64,000 bases of DNA from positions 1 to 64,000 of the forward strand of contig CAVPIW010000006.1 of NCBI GenBank assembly GCA_963705105.1. The letters run 5' to 3'. The first letter of the stretch is position 1, and the number at the start of each line of letters is the position of its first letter. Below are positions 51,801-64,000 of this stretch, one piece after another. Source of the DNA: an uncultured Nitrospiraceae bacterium. Its GTDB lineage: Bacteria; Nitrospirota; Thermodesulfovibrionia; Thermodesulfovibrionales; Dissulfurispiraceae. The notes beneath the pieces were generated by a model. The model did no database searches. It was not told the DNA's origin and worked only from the letters and a program-made list of their open reading frames with translations. The position numbers and the translations under genes are program-made.

Positions 51801-54235
51801 GCTGGTGCTGCTGCCGCTGCTGCTGGCGGGCCAGAGACAAAGGCCGCCGCGGCGGCCAGACCGAGGAGAGCGCGAGAGCGCGAACGGCGGCCCCGGGGAC
51901 AGCCAGAGCGGCCGCGTCGAGGGGGAGCTGCAGCTCGCTCTCCGCCGCCGCCCCCGCTCCCCGCGCCCTCTGCTCCGCGGCCTCCGCCGCGGCCTCCGCC
52001 GCCAGGACCCGCGCCCGCAGCGCCTCGGCCTCCTCGGAGGAAGCGGGAAGGAACAGGGGCCCCCCCTGTAGGAGTAGGGGGAGGGGGCCGGAGGGGCCGG
52101 CGGCGAGGAGAAGAGGCCGAAGCCGCCGAGGAGCCCGGAGCCGAGCCGGAGCCGAAGCGGCGAAGAAGAGGGAGGCGAGTCGGGCGCCGCCACCGGCGCC
52201 AAAGGGCGAGGAAGAGGAAGCGGGGAGCGACAGCAGAGGGTGCGCGCCCAGGGGGCACCCGCCGCCTCCGCCCCTCTCCGAAGAGCACTGCTGCTGCTCT
52301 CCTCGAGCAACTTCGGAAGAAGAAGGAAGCGGCGGCTGCTTCGGCGAGGCCAGAGCCGCTGTGCGTCGGCAGCGCGTAGAGCGAGCCCTCGAGCTCGCCG
52401 ACGACGACGACGGAGGCGGCAGCTGCTCCTCCTCCGGTCCTCCGGAGGCGTCTTCGCCGTCGTTCCCGCTGGCTCCCGCTCCCGCCGCCGAGGCCGAGCA
52501 GGGGCAGAGAAGCTCCTTGGGAGTCGAAGGCCGCGACGGCGGGAGAGGGGAGCCGCAGCGTCCAGTCGCCTCCGCCGCCGCCCTTGCCCCGCCGTTCCCG
52601 CGCCTCGCGAGGGCGTGGCCGCCGGCGTCGGCGACGGCGGAGATGGCGAGCAGCCCCGGCTCGGCCGTGGAGACCCCCCGGTCGGATTTGGCGGCAGAGG
52701 AGGAAGAGGAGGATGGAGCAGCGGAAGCGCTTCGCCGAGGACGACGACGCCTACGCCGGCGTCGCCGGAGCAGCAGACGCAGCGAGCGCCGCGCCCCTTC
52801 GTTCCGCTTCCTCGCCTCCCCCGCCTCCGCTTCCAGAGGCGCTCAGCCGCGCCAGCTTCGACCAGGTGATGTTCCACACGGGCTCCCCCGTCGCGGCGTC
52901 CACGGCGCGGACCAGGTAGTCGTGCCTGCCGATGACGAGCGGGCGGCGGCGCGGCGGGGAGAGGAGGAGGAGGAGGGGGGGAGTCGAAGAGTAGGGAGGG
53001 GGAGGAAAAGGCACTTGGCTCTCGTCGCCGCCGCCCTCCTCGGCCGCCGCAAAGGCGCCGAGTCCCTGCGTCGGCCCCGGCTCCTCCCGCCCTCCTCCTC
53101 CTCTTCGTCGTCCGCCTCAGATTCTCGTCAGTTCCTCGTTCGCGAGCAGCTGCAGCAGCGAAGCTGCGCCGGCGTCTTCTCGGCGGCGCCGCCTTCGTCT
53201 CGTCCGTCGTCTTCGTCGTAGACGAGGCAAACGCGCGCCGCAGCGCCCCGGAGACGGGGTCGAGGACGAACACCGTCGTCCTCCTCCCTCCCAGCACGAC
53301 GGTGCGCCGTCGGCCGCCAGCGACGGCGACGCGTCGACGAGGTCGGCGACGCCCGTGGGAAGCCTTGCGAGGCCCGCTCCCTCTCCCCCTCCCCTCCGTT
53401 GATGGCCGCTTCCGCGGGGCGTAAGCGTAGAGGGAGCCGTCGACGCCGGGGACGAGCGCGGCGCCGCCTTCGTTTTCGTTCCCGTCGCCGCCGCCGCCGT
53501 CCTGGCGCCGCCCTCCGCCGAGCCCTCCCGAGGAGACCAGCGGGCTCCCGCTGTCAAAGGCCCACAGTGGGGCTCCCGTGGTGGGCTCTACCGCGATGAG
53601 GGTGCCGTCGAGCAGGGAGACGAGGAGGGGGTCGGAGGAGGGAGAAAGAGGCCTGTTTTTTTTTTTAGATTGGGGAAGGAGAGAGCGAGAGGTCCGAGGT
53701 TGAGACTGGGGACATCAGAACGATTCGCTTTTTTTTTTCCTTCCCGTCTCCATCGGTCTTCCGAACAAACAAAATGCCTCTCTGCGGATGTTGAATCAAG
53801 CCCGGCTTCTGCGAGAGTAGCACAGTACGCATCGGAGAAGCCTCCAGAGGAGCGAAAAGCCGGAAAGAAAAGAGCCCCAGAGAGGTGGCGAATTGGGGAA
53901 AGAAACACAAAAAAAACTCCCGCTCAATTGTCTCCTCCTGCTGCTGCAAGGAAGCCAATGCTCGAGCCCTCTTCGTTTCTTCCTCTCCCAATCCTCACCT
54001 GCTGCTCAGCAAGCCTCGCCGATGACGCAGAGTCCTTGGCTACCACAAGCGTGCCATGTTGTGGCAGCAGCCGGATCGGTCGCTGGCGCCCCGAAGGCTG
54101 AGCCAGACACGACGAGGAAGAGGAGGAGGAGGAGGAGAGCGCCGACAGAAGAAGAGGCCAAGATCGACCAGCTCTTCGCTGCTGCCGCCTCCGGCCCCTC
54201 GGCGGCCTCTGTCCTCCGCCATCGCCTGGCATCAT
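48845..54235 (-). CDS. IRE1: IRE1 kinase/endoribonuclease with C-terminal tandem CCCH zinc fingers; frameshifted, 3' end approximate
   Basis: Luminal LLVSLLDGTLIAV..TG..LWAFDSG, kinase ILGYGSGGTLVFGG, VAVKRLL, HRDLKPANVL, KLSDMGL, GSTGWQAPE, KEN domain RDLLRLVRNKAAHF, two C-x8-C-x5-C-x3-H fingers. Confidence 0.92.
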
Positions 54236-54503
54236 CGTGGTGGGCTCGTGTGTAGCTAATCAATCTTTTCCCGTGTGAAGAGCGGTGCAATTGATCGTTG
54301 CGAGAGAGAAAACGAGAACTCTTCTTAACTAGAGTTCTGCTTCTCGATTGGAGCAGAAGTGCAAGGCGGAAAAATCTGACATAGCACTCGAAAACTTCAC
54401 AAAAAACGAGACTTAAATGCCCGTTGCTGTCGTCTCACCCCCAGAACTCTGTCGAGGCAGCGCGTCGACAGACGCCGCCGCCGCCCTCGCCAAGGCCAAG
54501 AAG

Positions 54504-57500
54504 ATGGGACCGCGGGATGCTCCTGCTGCAGCTCATACAGTAGGCGGCGCCAGAGCTGCCGGCGGCAGTGGCAAGCAGCCAGGCCGAATGAACGCGCCTG
54601 CTGCTCCTGCTCAAGTGCCTCTGACGCCGCATGGCATTGCTTCCTCGGCCGCCGCGGCGTCCCTGGCCGCCCGCGATCAGCTCCTGGTCGCTGGGGCCAC
54701 GCCTGAGTCCAGCTTCCTTGCTCTACTGGTAAGAGAATCGGAAGCACTCGAGAGAGAGAGCCCGAGAGAGGAGGAGAACCGAATGCCATTTCGAAGAGCC
54801 GACGAGCGGCGGCGGCTAGACTCGCTCCCCCCTCCCCCCTTCGTCAACCTCTCGAGTCTCCTCTCCCCCTCGATTCCAACTCCACCAGGTCGAGGAGGTC
54901 CTCCTCGAGTCCCTCCCGGACTACGGCGCGCTCCTCCCTCAGGCGGAGGCGGCGGCGGAGGCCGTCGGCGCGGAGCTCGCCGCGGCGGAGAGCTGCCCGG
55001 TGCCGGGAGCGCGGTCGCCGGTTTCGCCAAGGCCCTCCTCCTCGGGGGCGTTTCGGATCCGGGGAGGGGAGAAGATCATAAACATCATCCCTCCTCTCTG
55101 CTCTCCCGCCTGCGCTTCGCCCCGCCGGCCCAGCCGCTGCGCCTGACGGGCTCGGCGCCGCTGCGGGCAGCGCTCCCCGGCTCGTCGGGCTCCTCGAACT
55201 TCTTCCTCCTCTTCGCTCCTCGTCGTCGACCTCTCTGTCGAGCTCCCGCGCTCGGTCCTCGACGAGAAGGACTTGAAAGGAGGGCGGTACCTCGTCCGTC
55301 GCGCCGCGTGGCTGCAGGGGGCCAGGGCGGTGCTCGAGAGGGCAGCAGCGGTCTCGAAAGCCGAGAAGAAGAAGAAGAAGAAGAAGAAGAAGAAGAAGAG
55401 AGAAGAAGAATGAGAAGAAGGATACCAAGAAGGAGAAGGCCAGTAGCAGCAGCCTCCTAAGCGGCGCGGCGCTTCCTGGAGCGACCTCGGCGGCGACGCG
55501 AGGAAACCTTGCCTCGTCGGTTTCTTTTCGGGCAACTCGGGGGGTCGCCCTCAGGCTGGTGCCGGCCGCGCCGAGGGAGCTGGCGAGGAGCTGGCTGCCT
55601 CGCCTGGCGCCGGACAGGGGCAACCTCGGCGGGGGAAGCGGGGAAAGCGGAGGAAACGGAAGGGCTTCTTCGGCCCTCCTCCGCCGCCGACCCCGAGGTA
55701 CAACGCTCTTGTCGTTGCTGACTTCTTCCCCGAGGCCGAGGGCGACGACCTCTCGCTTGCGCTGGGGCACTGCCCGGCGGCGCCGACGGGGTGACGCTCG
55801 TCAGGCTGTGGGCCAGGGCGCAGAGCCGTCGTCTCGAAAGCGGGAGCGGGAGCGGGAGCGGAGCGGGAGCGGGAGCGGCGGGACCGAGGACCCGCCGCGG
55901 CGCCGCTGCTCTCCTCGCGCGCGCTCGCCGCCGCGGCCGCCTCGGCCGCCGCCGCGGGGAGGCTCGCCAGGCCCATGAGCGCCCTGCAGGCCGCGAGGGC
56001 CGTGTGGAGGGAGGTCGAGGCCGCCGCGGGGAAGGGGGCGAGCCCGCGCTTCGGCGAGAGCTGGGAGGCCGCGGCTTCTCCTCCTCCTCCTGCTTCTTCG
56101 CTCCTTCCGGCCGCGACGGTGCTTTCTTCTTCGTCGTCCTCCTGCTCTTCCTCCTCCCCCTCTGCCAACTCCTCCTCCTCCTCCTACCCTCCGCCCCCTC
56201 CCGTCTCCTCCTTTGTCAGGAGCGGCGGCGGCGCGGAGCTGGTCGTCCTCTGCTGCGGCGGGCACCTCAACCTCGCGGCGGGCGACGGCGGCGACGGCCG
56301 CGGCGGGGAGGCGCGTCGCCGCCGCCGCGGCCGCCGCCGTCGCGGCGCTCGACGCTGCGAGGGCGCCGGGGGGGACCCGGAGGGTGCGTCGCAGCGCTCT
56401 GGCTCAGGAGGAGGGTGGCTCCCTGGCTCGGGGACTACGACGCGTTCTGGAGGGTCGAGGTGCCGCTGCTGCTCGTGGCGGGAGGAGGGGAAAAGGGAGG
56501 GGGGAGCGGGAAGAAGAAGAAGGGTTTGACGACGGCCGCTGCTGCTTCTGCTGCTGCTGCTGCCGCTGCTGCAGGCTTGCCGCGCCTCCTCGACCTCCTC
56601 TTCTCCTTCTTCCGCCCCTCCTCTCTCCGGGGACCTCCCCCAGCTCCAGGCCCTGGAGTCCCGCGTCGAGGCCATCGCGCGGACCGCCCTCGGGGGCCGC
56701 GTCACGGAGGTGAGAGCGGTGCCGCGCCCGAGGCCGCGGTCGGACCCGGCGAGGGGCCCGCCGCCGCGCCTCGGCATCTCTCTCTTCTTCTTCCCCGTCC
56801 CCTTCGGCCGCTCCGGCCGCCGCCGAGGCCGAGGCCGGAAACGCTTCCTCTTTCGTGACGCTCGCCGCGCGCGCCAACCCCTCCGCTTTCTCCCGCCGGG
56901 CCGACGTCGGCCCGCCCGCAGACTCCGCGCGCGCCGCGGCGGCCTTCCGCGCCTTCTGGGGCCCGCTGGCCGACCTGAGGCGGTTTGGCGACGGCGCGAT
57001 CCGGGAGGCAGTGGTCTGGGGGTGCTCCTCCTCCTCTTCCTCCTCATTCTTCTCCTGCTGCGGCGGCGGCGGCGGACGCCGCGCTTTCCGCCGCGATGCG
57101 CAGGCACGTGGCTCCGGGGTCGAGCGTGTCGGGTCTCACGGACGCGCTGGAGCCGGCGCTGGCCGAGCGCGGCGGGGGAGGGAGCGGAGGAGCGGAGTCG
57201 GGCTCACGGAGGAGCTTTGAGAACGAGAACAGCAGCAGCAGCAGCAGCAATCCGAGATCATTTCTTCCGCCGCCGCCCTCGACGCCGCTCTTTCAGCAAG
57301 CTCTCCAAGGCCCTGCGGGGCCTCCCCGGGGCGTCTTCGAGCGAAGCAGGAGGTTCAGGGGCAGCGAACGGAGAGAGCTGCGGTGTCGCGCTCCGGCCGG
57401 TGGGCGTCGCCGCGACCTCCGGCTTCCTCGGCCGAAGGACGGCGCCGTTCCCGCCGGCGCCGCACCCCTTGCTCCTGGCTCTTCAGCAGCAGCAGCAGCA

Positions 57501-59830
57501 GCAGGGTACTTCCTCTTCTGCGTCGTCTCGAGGGAAGAGAGCAGCAAACGGGAGCGGAAACGGAAACGGAGGCTTCGTTTTGCCTCCGTCGTCGTCTTTG
57601 TCGTCTTCGCCGCTCATCCCGCGGACGCTGCCGGCGGTCGAGGTCGCGGTCCAGCTCGAGGGGAGCGGCCGCTGGCCGCCAGGACGCCGGCGCCGCGGCC
57701 AAGATGAAGGCGGCCTTGCGTGCCAGCTCGCGGAGAGGCTGGAGTCGAGACTACGGGTTCCGGGCGCGCGCGTTCGAGGTGGATGCCGCTGCTCGAAGGA
57801 AGGCGGCGCCGCCAACGGCGGCGGCGGGGCCGGAGAGGGCGGCAGCTCCGGGGGTGGAGGAGGTGGCGGCGGCTTCGATGCCTTTGTTGACGGTTTCGCG
57901 TTCCGCTGCCTGCTCTGGTCCCCAAGGGATGACGCCGCGGTCGTCGCTGCCAGGGCCCGGGAGCGCGCCGCGGCGAAAGCGGCCGCGGCGAGAGCTGCAG
58001 CTGCGGCAGCGGCAGCGGCAGCGAAGGGCAACGCCGCCGCCGCTCTCGCGCCGCCGCCTCCGCCTCCGCCGACGACGACGACGCCGGCGGACGCCGCGGC
58101 GCTGCGCTCCTACTCGCAGCTCAGGGCCCGCATCGACCACGCCGCGGCCCTCGCCGCCGTGGCCGGGACCAACCCCGGTTTCTCCCGCGGAGGGAGGCTG
58201 CTGGTCCGCTGGGCCGGGGCGCACCTCCTGCTCTCTCCCCCTCCTCCTTCCTCCTCCTCGCTGGGTTCTTCTTTCTTCTTCTTCTTCTTCTTCTTCTTCT
58301 TCTTCTCCGACTTTGAAATCAAACGCCGTGCCAGTCCCGGCGCTCGAGCTCGTCGCCGCGGCGGCCTCGGGCCCCAGGCTCGCCGGAGGGTCCGGGAGCG
58401 GGCTCTGCCCGCCTCCGAGCGCCGCCAAGGCCGGCGACGACGACGAGGAGGGAGGAGAAGGAGGAGGAGGAGGAGGGGCTCTGCTTCTGAGGCCGGGCGC
58501 GCAGGCGGCGGCCGGCTCGGCGGCGGCGCCGCCGTCGACGGCGCTCGCCGTCTTCGCCGCGGCGCTGCGCCTGCTCGCGGAGAAGGGACTCTCCTCCTCC
58601 GCAGAATGCGGAGAGGAAGCAGTTTCCAGGCCGCTGCTCGTCGACCCGCTGGGGCAGATGGAGCCCTCGGAGCGGGCCAGGGCCCTGCGAGGGGAGGCGG
58701 AAGGGGAAGAGGAGGATTTCGCCGCGTTGAGCCGGAGGCAGCGGCAGCAGCAGCAGCCGCAGCAGCAGGAGCTCTCGCAGAAGCAAAAATCCTCTCCTTC
58801 CAGGCGACGCCTCTCGCGCTCGCCTCCGCCGTCGACCCTTCGGGAACCCTCTGGACCCGCGGCATGGACCAGGCGACGGTCCTCCGCCTGTCGAGGCTCG
58901 CGCGGAGGGCTTTGTCGGGGATGGAGGCGGCGCTGCTGTTTGGCGGAGGAGGAGCAGGAAAGAAAAACGACGGCGGCGGCGGCGACGGCGGCGACGGCGA
59001 CGGCGACGGCGACGGCGCTCGACCCTCTCCTCCTCACTCTTCTTCGTCCTCCTCCTCCTCCTCGCTCCTCGAGGCCGCCTTCGCCCCGGCGCTCGCGGAC
59101 TGGGACGCCCTCCTCTGGCTCAAGCCCGCGTCCTTGCCTGCCGGCGGGAGGAGGGCCCCTCCCAGGCCCGCTGCCCCGCCGGCGGCCCCTCCCGGGAGGC
59201 CGGGGAGGCTGCCGGCCGACGGCAGCGCGGGGAGGTGCGGCGCGGCCATCGCGGCGCTGCCGCCGCCGACGACGAAAAACGGGTTTTCGTCGTTGGGCTC
59301 TTCTCCGACCAACCTCGACGAGCTGCTGGTGGGCTTCGACCCCGTCGCCTGCTTCGTCCGCGCCCTGCAGCGGCGCTTCGGCCGCGTCGCTGCCTTCGGG
59401 AGCGACGGCGCCGGAGGGGAGAGCCCGGTGGTAGGGGTGCGGTGGCGCAAGGAGGCGAAGAGGGCGTGGCCCCCGGGCGCGGCGGGTCGCCGCTGGCGCA
59501 GGCGGCGACGACCCCAACGACGACGACGACGGCGGCGACGACGACGATGGTCGAATCTTCAACTTCGATTCCTCCTCCCTCCCGCTGGTCCTTTCCGTCG
59601 AGCTGGACGAGGAGGCCACGCTGGCGGCGATGTGCGCCGCCGGGGGAGGGATCGCGGACGGGTTACAGCGTGGTGCGGCCCCTGAAGAGGAAGAAGGAGA
59701 AGGAGGAAGAGAAAAGCAACAAGAAGAAGAGGAGGAGCAGTGACGACGACGGTGACGACAGCGACGAAGAAGAGGTAGAAGAGGAGAAAGTCTCGTCGCC
59801 GCTCCAGCAAGGCCAGGCGCCGCCTCTGAT
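54504..59830 (+). CDS. NOL6: Nucleolar protein 6 / Utp22 (Nrap family), heavily frameshifted; ends approximate
   Basis: GPPADSARAAAAFRAFWGPLADLRRFGDGAIREAVVW, VQLEGSGRWP, FDAFVDGFAFR, LLVGFDPVACFV. Confidence 0.82.
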
Positions 59831-59910
59831 TTTGCTTTTTTCGCCTCGCCCCAGTCCCTTTCGCAGCAGGCAGAACCGAAAGTGTAAAAGGGAAAAAAGA
59901 ACGTCCCAGC

Positions 59911-60032
<122 letters not shown>

Positions 60033-60269
60033 AGCAGAAGCAGAAGCAGAAGAGGAACAAAGTCTTTTTTCTTTCATTTTTTCAAAAAAGAAAGCGATCA
60101 AATGAAGCAAATGCAAAAAAGCGCGCGTTAAACACCTGAAATCTAGCGAGAGGACGCTGCGAAGAAAGAAACAGAATAATCGAAACGGCGACTGGAAAAA
60201 AGGTCTGCGGAGAAGAAAGCAACAGAAAGGCTCTCTCCGTCTCAACTTTTGATTTTAAATTGTTACACT

Positions 60270-62767
60270 CCGAAAAGAAAGAGTTTGCACTCGAGCCCGC
60301 CGCCGCACCGCCGCTCCGCAAAGGCCGCCAGCGCCGCCGCGGCCGCCGCGGCGTCGTCGCCGCCCCGCACGCCGCCGGGACGCAGGAGGAGGTTCAGGGA
60401 GCGGGAGCCGCAGCGCGACGCGCAGGCCCAGGTGCCGCCCGAAGCAGCGGAAGCGAAGGGGGGAGGAGGCGAGCGGCGTCGCTGCCGTCGTCGCCACCGT
60501 CGTCGCCGCAGCTGCCTTCCCTCCTCCTCCTCCTCCTCCTCCTCCTCCGCCGCCGCCGCCAGCGGGCCTTATCAGCACCTCCGCGTCGCCGGCCTCCCCC
60601 TCCCACCCGAGTCCCTCGCTCGCCGCGGCCCCAAGCGCCGCCTCCTGCTGCGTCAGCGTGCGGGTTGCGAACCCGAGGCCTGCGAGGGCGCTCGACGCCG
60701 CCGAAGCCGCCGCCGGGGTCGAAGGCGTCGGCCTTGGCCGAGGGGCTCGCCCATCCGAGCCCCCCCGCGAGGTCCTGAAGGCGGTAGCGGGCGCCTCGGA
60801 CGTGGCCCCCGGGGCCCAGCGTCGCCGCGGCGTCGAGGGGGTCGGCGGTCGGTCGCCGAGGGCGGAAGGAGAAGGAGGGGAGGCGGCGGCGGCGGCGGCG
60901 TCGGCGGCGGCGGCGGCTGGCAGCGCGGCGAGCGCGGAAAAGGCGCCCCGCGCCAGCGCCGAAGACAAAGCTGCTCTGCCGCCGTCATCGTCGCCGCCGT
61001 GCCCCTCGAGGAAGAGGAGGGCGCGGTAAGGGGCCGCGAGAGAACGCCGGCGGCGGAAGGGCGGAAGCGAGGAGGAGGAAGAAATGTTTTCGAAGGCGAG
61101 AGAGAGAGGCGTGGAGCGTCGCTGCGGGGACCAGCGCTGGCGTCGCGACGACCCTCGCCTTGCTCTCCCCTCCCTCCTTCCCTCCCCCTCCGCCTCGGAG
61201 CCAGACCCGAAGGGGACGGACGGCAGCGGCAGCAGCGGGAGAGGACTCGGGAGCAGCGGCGACGACTCCCAGGAGAGAGAGCGGGTCCGCGGGGTCGAGC
61301 GGGAGCCAGCGCGTGGGGGTGGCAAGCGCCGGGCGAGGAGGGAGGAGGGCGAGCTGTTGCTGTTGCCGCTGCCGCCGCCGCTGCCCGTCGCTCCTCGTCG
61401 TGCTCTTCTCCTTCTCTCTTCCTCTTCTCCTCCCTCTCCCTCTCGCTCTCCTGCTCCCTCCTCTTCGATCTTCTTTCTTCTTCCGCGAGAAAAGCCCTGA
61501 GAAGCGCGTCGCGACGTCAGAGGCCGCCCTGGACGCGGCGTCAGCGGCGGAGGAGAGCACGGAGGAAGAGGAGAGGAGGAGGAAGCGGCGCCGCCGGAGG
61601 AGGAGTTCCGCTCCCGGCGGCAGCGGGCGGCGAAGGGCGGGCCCAGCGCGGCCAACAGCGCCACCGCCGCCGCGTCCAAGGGCGGCAGGTTCGTCCAGAG
61701 CAGTCCCGAGTCGGCGTCTCCTCCCTTGGGGCACCGCGAGATCCAGACGCCGAAAGCGGAGAGAGGGAGGGGGAGAAGAAGGAGAAGGAGGGAGAAGAAG
61801 AGAGTCTGCGTTTAAATTTCCCTCAAAGTCGTCGAGGAGCGCCGCGCCGGCCGAGGCCGCCGCGGCGGCGAGCCTGGGGCCCGTCGCCGCCGCGGCGCGC
61901 GCGCACGAGGCCGGCCCGGGCCTGAAAGCTCCCTCCAGGGCCGCGAGGGAGAGCAGAGGGCTGATGCGCTGCCGCCGCTGCCGCCGCCGCTGCTGCTGCC
62001 CGCGCCGCGCCGGCGCCGGCGCCCGAAGAGGGCGGCGCCCAGCGAGGCGACGGGACCCGCCAGCGCCGCCCGGGCCGCGAGCGGCGCGCCTCCGGTTCCG
62101 TCGCTCCCCTGCTCCTGCGCCTTCTCCTTCTCCTTCTCCTTCTTTATCTTTCGGCGGCTGCAGCAGCAGCTTCTCCACGGGGCCCGTCAGAAGGGAGGCG
62201 ACGTTGGCCGCGGCTGCCGCGGCCGGCCCTGAAGCGAGGCGTCTGTCGGGGAGGACTGGCCGATCCAGGCGGCGTCGGCTATCTGTTTTTTGATGGGGGG
62301 GGGGGTCGAGTTTTTTCTTTTTGGCCGTGAGTTTTTCATCAATCAAAATGGCAAAAACTTGGTCTCTTTTCTTCTCTTTCTCGCGCGCTATCTCTCCTCT
62401 GTCTCCTACCAGAAGCCACCACACCCCGGGGCTCGCCCGATGCATGACCCAGCGGGACTGCTCGAGGTGGACAGCGAAGCCCCGCTCTAGAGGGCGGGAC
62501 GGCCGACCGAGAAGATTGGCATCGACGTTGCCTTTGGCGTCGACTTCATCGGTTTCGTCGTCGTCGCCATCGTCGTCGCCGTCGTCGTCGCTCCTCCGAT
62601 CGCCTTCCCACGCGGCCCCGTACGCGATGAGCCCCCCGGCGAGCCCGACGACCGCCCTTGTCGATGAGGCGGACGCGCAGGAGGGTACGACGCGAGCAGC
62701 TTCTGCCCGTCGTCTCCCTCCCGCGGCGCCGAGGCGGGAATCGAAGACGATCAGGCGGGCACGACAT
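60270..62767 (-). CDS. CCZ1: Vacuolar fusion protein CCZ1-like (longin domain), frameshifted; 3' end approximate
   Basis: Reconstructed N-terminus LIVFDSRLG...QKLLASYP...AVVGLAGGLIAY...WVMHRASPGVWWLLV resembles the CCZ1 first longin domain; TGTAA near 60263. Confidence 0.6.
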
Positions 62768-62895
62768 GAGGGTGTGGTGGTGCTTTTTTTCTTCTCCCTC
62801 GTCGACTGCGGTTTTTTTTCGACAACATTTTTTCACTCTTTTGTCCCTTCAATTCTCTTTCTGCATCCCCCGTTCGTCACCCCCCAACTGGCGAT

Positions 62896-63803
62896 ATGAG
62901 CCTCGCTCTGCTCTCTCCTTCCGCTGCTGCAGCCGCGGCGGCAGCGCGCGCGGTCCCTCTACGAGCGTGCGCGCAGCCTAACAGGGAACCCGCGAGGGCG
63001 ACAGCCACCGGCGATGTAGCCGTCGCCGCGAGCAGCGGCGGCGGCGAGGACGGCGACGGCTAGCCTCCTTCGCGCCGCCGACCCGGACTCTCCGCGAGGA
63101 CTCGCCGCCGCCGCCGCCGCCACCGCCGCCGCCGCCGGGGGGGGACGCCTCGCCGAGCGAGGGGACATGGTGACCGTCCACTACACTCTGTACGAGGAGG
63201 TCCTCGATGACTCCGGCCCCTCTTCTGCTTCTTCTGCTTCTTCTTCTTCTCCCCCAGCAGAGGGCGGCGCGCCGGCGCCAGTGGCGGCGGAGAGGCCTCG
63301 CCCCCTCCTCCCCCTGCCCCCGCCACCGCCGTCGTCGTCGAGGACCCGGCCAAGAAGAAGAAATACCGGGTCCTCGACTCTTCCAGGGAGGGCGACGGCC
63401 GCGGAGAGCCGCTGACCTTTGAGGTCGGCGCCGGGGACGTCTTTGGGAACGAGCTGTTCCAAGCGTTTGACGAGGTCGTCAGGGGCCGCGCCGCGGGGGA
63501 GAGCGTGCGCCTCTCGTGCCCCAGCCCCCCCGCGTGGGACCCGGAGCTCCTCTTCAGGGTCCCGGGCGACCACCCCGAGGTGGAGAGGATGCGCGGGAGG
63601 TACAAGAACGTCGGCGGCCTGGCCGAGGGCCTCGTCGTCGAGCTGTCCAACGGGAAGAGGGCGGTGGTCGTCGCCGTGAGCGAGGAGGAGGTCACGCTCG
63701 ACGCCAACGAGATGCTGGCAGGTGGCGGCGGAGGGGAAGGGTGTTTGAGCTGGAGCTCGTGAGGGTGGAGGAAGGGAAGAAGAAAGAGCAGGGGGAGGAG
63801 TGA
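62896..63803 (+). CDS. FKBP-type PPIase, SlyD/FkpB-like with insert-in-flap domain and likely transit peptide
   Basis: GDMVTVHYT, LDSSRE..EPLTFEVGAG, GLVVELSNG..AVVVAVSEEEVTLDANEMLAG...FELELV; Ala/Ser/Arg-rich N-terminus. Confidence 0.8.
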
Positions 63804-64000
63804 AGCGGTGGAGGAATGTGTTGCCTTGCTCGTTTTTTTTTCAGGTCGTTGCTCAGATTTTACAAGTGGGTTTGCGTTTGCGCTTCTCTTTCTCCTTTCT
63901 ACGCTGCTGCTCCTGTCCCGGGCCGCACCAGAAGCAGCAGCAGCAGAAGCGGCGGAGCAGCAGCCCACCACGAGTGCCAGGCCGCCGCCTGCTGCCACCG

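Overview
Positions 1-~2845 are bacterial: a GT4 glycosyltransferase end, a WcaJ/WbaP-like sugar transferase with a Shine-Dalgarno site, and the N-terminus of a type III Mod-like DNA methyltransferase. At ~2845 this joins abruptly, mid-gene on both sides, to a gene-dense, GC-rich, intron-containing eukaryotic genome. The eukaryote is most likely a chlorophyte alga (TGTAA poly(A) signals, plastid transit peptides). The join is probably a chimeric assembly. The algal part carries about 22 genes: GH5 mannanase (truncated), WDR76, a beta-barrel-like protein, UXS, an hnRNP-Q-like Gly-rich protein, SURF2, ATP sulfurylase, eIF3b, TMEM53, rhomboid, beta-tubulin, a UBA/PUB protein, ProRS, SWC4/DMAP1, RAD18, IRE1 with CCCH fingers, NOL6/Utp22, CCZ1, a SlyD-type FKBP and several small orphans. 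Many are frameshifted by apparent long-read indels. The main hidden feature is the seemingly empty 10.75-15.1 kb interval. It reads as a minus-strand, multi-exon non-coding host gene whose introns hold about 11 candidate C/D and H/ACA snoRNAs, several with antisense elements to conserved rRNA methylation sites. There is also a ~750 bp duplication of the RAD18 5' end flanking a 3.2 kb mosaic insert. All family, rRNA-target and numbering assignments are from memory and need database confirmation.
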